Below are positions 58,094 through 64,000 of a stretch of 64,000 nucleotides of DNA, in pieces. Each line of letters opens with the position of its first letter. Positions within the stretch are counted from its first letter, which is position 1. The notes under the pieces were generated by a model that was not told the DNA's origin, ran no database searches, and saw nothing but the letters and a program-made list of their open reading frames with translations. The translations under genes were made by a program, and so were the position numbers. Origin of the DNA: Chrysomallon squamiferum (taxonomy: Eukaryota; Animalia; Mollusca); assembly GCA_012295275.1 (NCBI GenBank), contig CM022672.1, positions 29,884,001 through 29,948,000 of the forward strand. The letters are read 5' to 3'.

Positions 58094-61000
58094 TATTTTG
58101 TCTAGATCTGTGTATATTGGTTTGTGTGTGTGTGTGTGTGTGTTCTGTAGGGTTCTGAGTTGCTGTGTATCTTCTTTATATATGTGTGTGTGTGTGCATC
58201 TAAACAGTCACATTAATAACTCTGTTCTCTATGTATTAATCAAGTGCACAATAATACAAAGTCTTTCTAAATGTATAATTAATCTTTCATACTTTCTTAC
58301 TACCAGATATGAAATATCAATCAACACATCATCATCATCGTCCTGTTCATTCTTTGTCATTGCCTGAGCCAATGAACTGTAAAAGAATGATCAACCATTA
58401 TGCTATGTTCTCTCCAGGCTGTGGAACAGTATATATAAAAGTTTGTTTGAATGGTCAGTAGTTTAAACCATATCCACACAGTATTATATGGTGACAATTT
58501 TGACTTCTTTTTTTTTTTTTATTGAATAATTTACACTGAATAAGACATAAATAGTTATAATTATTTTGTTGTTTTTGTAGTTCTTTTGAGGCTTTTTTTT
58601 AAGAAATTAGAGGAATGCCCTCCAGTGGATACTAAAGGGTACACATTTTTCATATTGAAATAAATATCATGTGTTGCATTTGCAGTGTATGATGCATGTT
58701 ATAAACATCAAAACAACATTTCAAAGCAATGTTATTTGCCAAAACAAAAGAGGAATTTGTAATGTGTCATGCATTTTAATTTAAAACTTGAAATGTTCTT
58801 GAAGAATTTCCTGTAAGCTGTTCTGACCTTTTTCTTATGAAATCTTTTAACATGAAATCTATTTGTTCTACACTGCACTGTATTACAGGAGGCAGAGTAA
58901 GAATACTGTTAGAAGATACTCTAAAAACTTGATATAGTTCTGTTATAAATGTTGTCATTAACTGAGTGTTTGGTTTCTATTTCAGCAAAAATCATTATTC
59001 TCCTTTTTGTCGGTTGTCATGATATTGAACATCCTTGATATGAATTCCTCAGATTCATGTGAATTCACAAGACCAATACTGTGTGGTGTAGATTTCTATA
59101 ACTCACTCTTCCATGTTTTTCCTTTTGTTTGATTTATCAAACAGCAATTTTGTCGCCATCATTGTCATACTTCAAACTTAATGACACCCGTTCCCGTTTG
59201 CCTTTGATTTTGTCTCACTGAGTAGAATTTAAACATTCCCTTACATAACTCAGTGACATTTGAAGAAAATTCAGTTTCCCAATATAATGTAGCATCTGAA
59301 GTAGCATTTTCTACATGAAATCTGTATTCTGCCAACATATCTTATCACTTTCTGTTCACCATTTGTTTTCTTTTACTAGTATGACCCTGGGACCATTTGA
59401 ACTTGGATCAGTAACAACATATTTTTTATCATTCTTATGAAAATATCCAAGTATATGGGCATCAGACAATCTTTGTTTGAGTTATGTAAAGTCCAGTTAC
59501 ATTTTACTTTTTTCTTGTTGAACCTTGTTGTTAGTGGTTTTATTACACAACAGATATAAAATAGTTTTCACTGTTATTCAAAACTTCTTGAAAACTGTAT
59601 ACCTGTGATGTAATTTCAGGCTTTTTTGTTTTAGTTTTCTCTGGACCAGCTACAAGACAAGAAATGACTGATGAATTAAAGTGTGACATGGTGAATTTGA
59701 ACTTGTCACAGTTTAATATCAAACCTTTTTCCCACAGTTCTCTAAGAACTTCCTATCATTTTTAATTTTCTTGGATGTTATAGTGTCAGATATATTTTGA
59801 ACATATTTTCATCCATTTAAGGTTTATTGAATTAATCTCTGGATTATAGCTTGTTCAGTGTTTTATATAATTTTAAATATGCCAGATATGATAATTGTCA
59901 AACACTACTCATAATTTCATTATGTTAAGTGAGAGCTATTCTTTTCTTGTGTAGTAAACAACATACAGTCCACATTTGTTTGTAACTGCTTTTTAAACTA
60001 TTTCAGTGTCATTCTTACCTATTCATTCTGCCTCAGCTAAATGGGGGTTTTAATTTTTATTATTAATTTTAAATTTTTCTAATTTTTTGTTTTAGAATTG
60101 TGTAGAATTCTATTCAATTTCTACGCTGCAACTGCAAATGGTTAGAAATGATGTCGTCAGTGTTTTATCCACAACAGGTTGTTTTTCTTCCCATTGATAC
60201 TCCTTAAGGATTATTTCACATAAGAGAGAAATCATCTTTACAACTATTACTAAGCCATAGTATTCTACTACCCTGAAACAAGAAAGGAGAAGGCAGAATG
60301 AAAAGCTAATATCAGATTTCAAGCTGAACTGCCACTGAAAGAAATGAAATCTTACCCAGTTTAATGTTTTAAATACACATACTTGTCTTCTAATGCTCCT
60401 TATCCATCCAGAGATATGGGCCGTTGACAACAGTTTTCCAGAGTTATCTTTGGTTTGATTTTTTTCAAACTGCCTCGAATTGTAATCTGTTTCATTAATG
60501 TCCTCTGCACAATGTGTTCCTTGAACATACTCCTTTTTGTTCTGCCATACAGATTAACGTGTTGTAAAATGGTTTCTAATGCAAACATATAAATTTTCAT
60601 TTAAATGAATTCAGTTTCATTCACCCTTTGGTGAAAAATTAACCTGAAATAATTTCCACATTTGTTTTTCTGTCTGTTATATCCACTTGTTATCCATCTG
60701 TTTGTTGTTCATCCATTGAATTTCCAGATATTTGCCATCTAAATTAACATGTTTGTTGTTCATAAATATGAAGTCTATGACATTTCCCTGTATTACTCAT
60801 GTTCCTTTGCAGAGGACACTGCAGGAAATCAGTAATATAAGATCAAAGACATTCCAAATCTCAGTCTATTATAATTATGTCGAAAGCTTTAAGAATTTTA
60901 CTGAGAATATTTAATGAAAGCTTTGATGATAGTGACTTTATTGTCATTTAATGTGTCCTTTGTTTGTTGGCCAAGACAAATACATCTAATTATCTTACAT

Positions 61001-61457
61001 ATTTCAACATTTTCTTAAACAATAAATGTTTTGATAAAAACAAAACCATCTTAGTATTTTAAATGATTTAAATTAAACCATTCTATTTTCATTTGTCTCT
61101 ACTTAACAAATGCCACACTATAGGAAACTTTTAGACATTTAATAATATGAAGCATAAAATATATAAACACACACAGTCACACACATTTTTATTATTATTT
61201 TTTTCCATCAGAACTGCTTTATCAGATGTGCCTTTGGTAGAAAACTTTATCTATATGGAGTAGTTTTCTCTCAGTTTTCACCCACAGTAGTTCAGTTCTT
61301 TTTTTTTCAGTTAGTTTCCAGCATCTTGGCAACTGCCTTGTTGTTTTCCTCAATAACACTGTATTTGCATACATACGGATAATCATGTATATATTTATTT
61401 TCATTCAGAAAAAGGAAAAGGGAAAAAGAAAATTGTGTTGGCATCAAACATTCATGT

Positions 61458-61506
<49 letters not shown>

Positions 61507-63012
61507 ATAAACAGGTAATTCTATATGCAAGGTACTGCTCTGGCACTATACTGAACACTAACAAAGGCACACACTCTGCAGAGCCTCTATGTGATCAACT
61601 GATTAATCCTTCACACATTAATTCTTCAAAATGCTGTTCAAATGATTATCAGAACTGTTTTCTGTTTGTGCTGGTGACAAAAGTCTTCATTCTTAAATTT
61701 CTCTAAAAAAAAAATATTTTTTTTACCTTAAGTTTGTTTAGGGAATGGTATTGAACTCAACAACCAGACACAAGCACCAAATTCCTGTTTATCAACTTTG
61801 ATCAGAGAAACTGACTCACAGTGACACATCATTCACTGCCCTTTGTTGTTCAGGATATAATTTAACTCGCCATCACTGGCAAAATATGATTACTGGAACT
61901 TGTTGTTTCACTGATGTGAAAAATTTGTTTTCTATATTTATATTTACAAGTTTCTGCTTGAAGTTATTTCTTACTCAGTAGTTTTATAAGATGCTGTCAA
62001 TGCTCTGACAGTGCACAGCTGGTCTGCAACACGTTTTTCACCTTAACAAGTGAGATTAATTTTGGTACTTGTGAAAAATAAAGCAAATTTTCTTTGTAAA
62101 TAACAACACAACTACTTCATCATTCTGAACCTGATATCCAAGTGGCATTACAGGACCTAACCAAATCTGTGGGAGCTTATGTTGTACTAATGCTGGGCTG
62201 CTTCAACTAGATTGAATTTTCTTTTGACCTGTAATAAATAATATTAATTAGGGAAGCAAAAATAATTTATTAACACATTGTAATATATATTCTGATAGTT
62301 AAAAATATTGTTTGTTTTTGCATATACTAAAACTGATTTTGACTTTCATTTAGTGATAAAGAAAATTCACTGGACACCCAAGACTTCCAGTTAACTATAA
62401 TCAGTTTTAGCAAAGGAAGTTTCATAAATGTTATATTCTTTTAATTTTGGAACTTTTAGTTAATATATTTAATTTTATATTGAAGATCTCACAATAAGAA
62501 AAACCTAATTGCTATTTTGAACTTTAAAAAAAATATATATTTTTGATAAAAATTATTGGTTGTGGTACTGTTTGTGTGTGTGTTTTGTAATTACATATCT
62601 TTGCTGTCAATGAATTTCAGTCTGTTTAGGCTTCAAATTGAGTGAGATATGCTGATGATATTCAAATAATTTTTGTTTTTGTTTACAGTGTTGACTTACA
62701 AATATATAAGAAACAACTGTTAATGTATAGATTACTCTCTGTATGACACACACACATATTAAACTTTTTAATAGCATCAACATACATGGAGTAGTATTAT
62801 GTTTTATGGATGTCGACCTTTTGGAAGTAATTAAGGCATTGAATTTTCTATCCTTGCTCTATACCTGTTTAATCAATACTTTTATTTTATGTATGTCAAT
62901 AATAATTTTTAAAAAAGAATAAAAATGTATAGCTATTTGAAATCAACTTTTTGTTGTATTAACATTTAAATATTCATGGTTTATAGTCTTTTCATTTATA
63001 TAGAATCTGAAG

Positions 63013-63080
<68 letters not shown>

Positions 63081-64000
63081 CATACACATGTACACAGAAT
63101 AACTGCTCCCATCTTAAAATAAAACATTTATCCTGCGAAGGTAAAGATTCTCTTGTTCAGTGAGGCTCTGATGAGCTGCATTGGCCAGTAGACCAGAGGA
63201 GAATAAAAAAAATTATCACAGTAACTAGTTATTACTTTTATTCTGCAATTCTAAATAATACAAAAATTGAATGAAATTAACTCTTTTTTATTTCTCAACA
63301 GTACTAGATTCACACATATTTATTTCTTTATCACTGTGCATCAAAATAAAATAGTTTGTAAATAAAAATATTTTTTTTTTTATTTTTTTTAATTCAAACA
63401 GTTTTCAAGATACTCTTTTAAGATCAAAACTAACAATTAAAAGCTTTGAACAATTAAAATATATGCAGAAGCAGATTATGGGGGAGTCTTTCAGAAACAA
63501 TATGTGAATGTTTATAATTTGAAATTGTAAATTTTACAGTGATTGCTTATTGCTAATTAATGACATTGCTGTCTCTTCCCTGATGCTTGCCACCATATCT
63601 GTTGTGTCAAGTTCAGCTCAAATGTTCAGGCATGAGAGGATGCACACAGGTGGACATGAGTTTTATTTAGTATTTTTAATTTATTTTTATTTTTTAAATA
63701 TATATAGATAGACACACTCGTACACGTTGTACCTTTATTGCACTTTTAGATTATGACTTTCTACTACACATTCAGGTTGTACTTGTAATGTGTCATGTTA
63801 TCACAAATCAAACACTTCAAATAATATATTCATTTCTTTTGTCAAATACATCTGTCATTAATGTGGGCCACATTATATTTGCTTTACCAACAAATGTGGC
63901 ATATTTTTTTTTTTGTGCAAAGGTCTGGCTGAAGATATCTTTTCTTAACTTATTTCCACTCTGTCTAATTCGGGTTTTAGAGGAGTATATAATTATTCTG

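Overview
AT-rich, microsatellite-dense animal genomic DNA. A lophotrochozoan, probably a mollusc, is inferred from the protein motifs and TTAGGG repeats. About 1-51.7 kb is a tandem array of five same-strand copies of a six-coding-exon gene for a type I membrane protein: signal peptide, C-type lectin domain (CTLD), PAN/apple-like domain, Ser/Thr-rich stalk, CxxCxC plus a conserved LSSHRRKLTSADDRR juxtamembrane motif, TM helix and short tail. Copies 3 and 5 are complete. Copy 1 runs off the window start, copy 4 is cut by a 200-N gap, and copy 2 is internally deleted and keeps only its terminal coding exon. The lectin ligand-binding loop occurs as two very different versions (EPN vs EPD), while the flanking exons are nearly invariant and the copies are mosaics of each other. 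Each sequenced spacer between copies carries the same cassette: an inverted TTAGGG/CCCTAA-based satellite (about 3.9 kb in one spacer), an L1/Tx1-like ORF2 3' remnant and a decayed Tc1 transposase. Downstream lies a two-coding-exon TMEM53 gene with a mariner deletion derivative immediately after its stop codon. Most ORFs in the supplied track are microsatellite artefacts.
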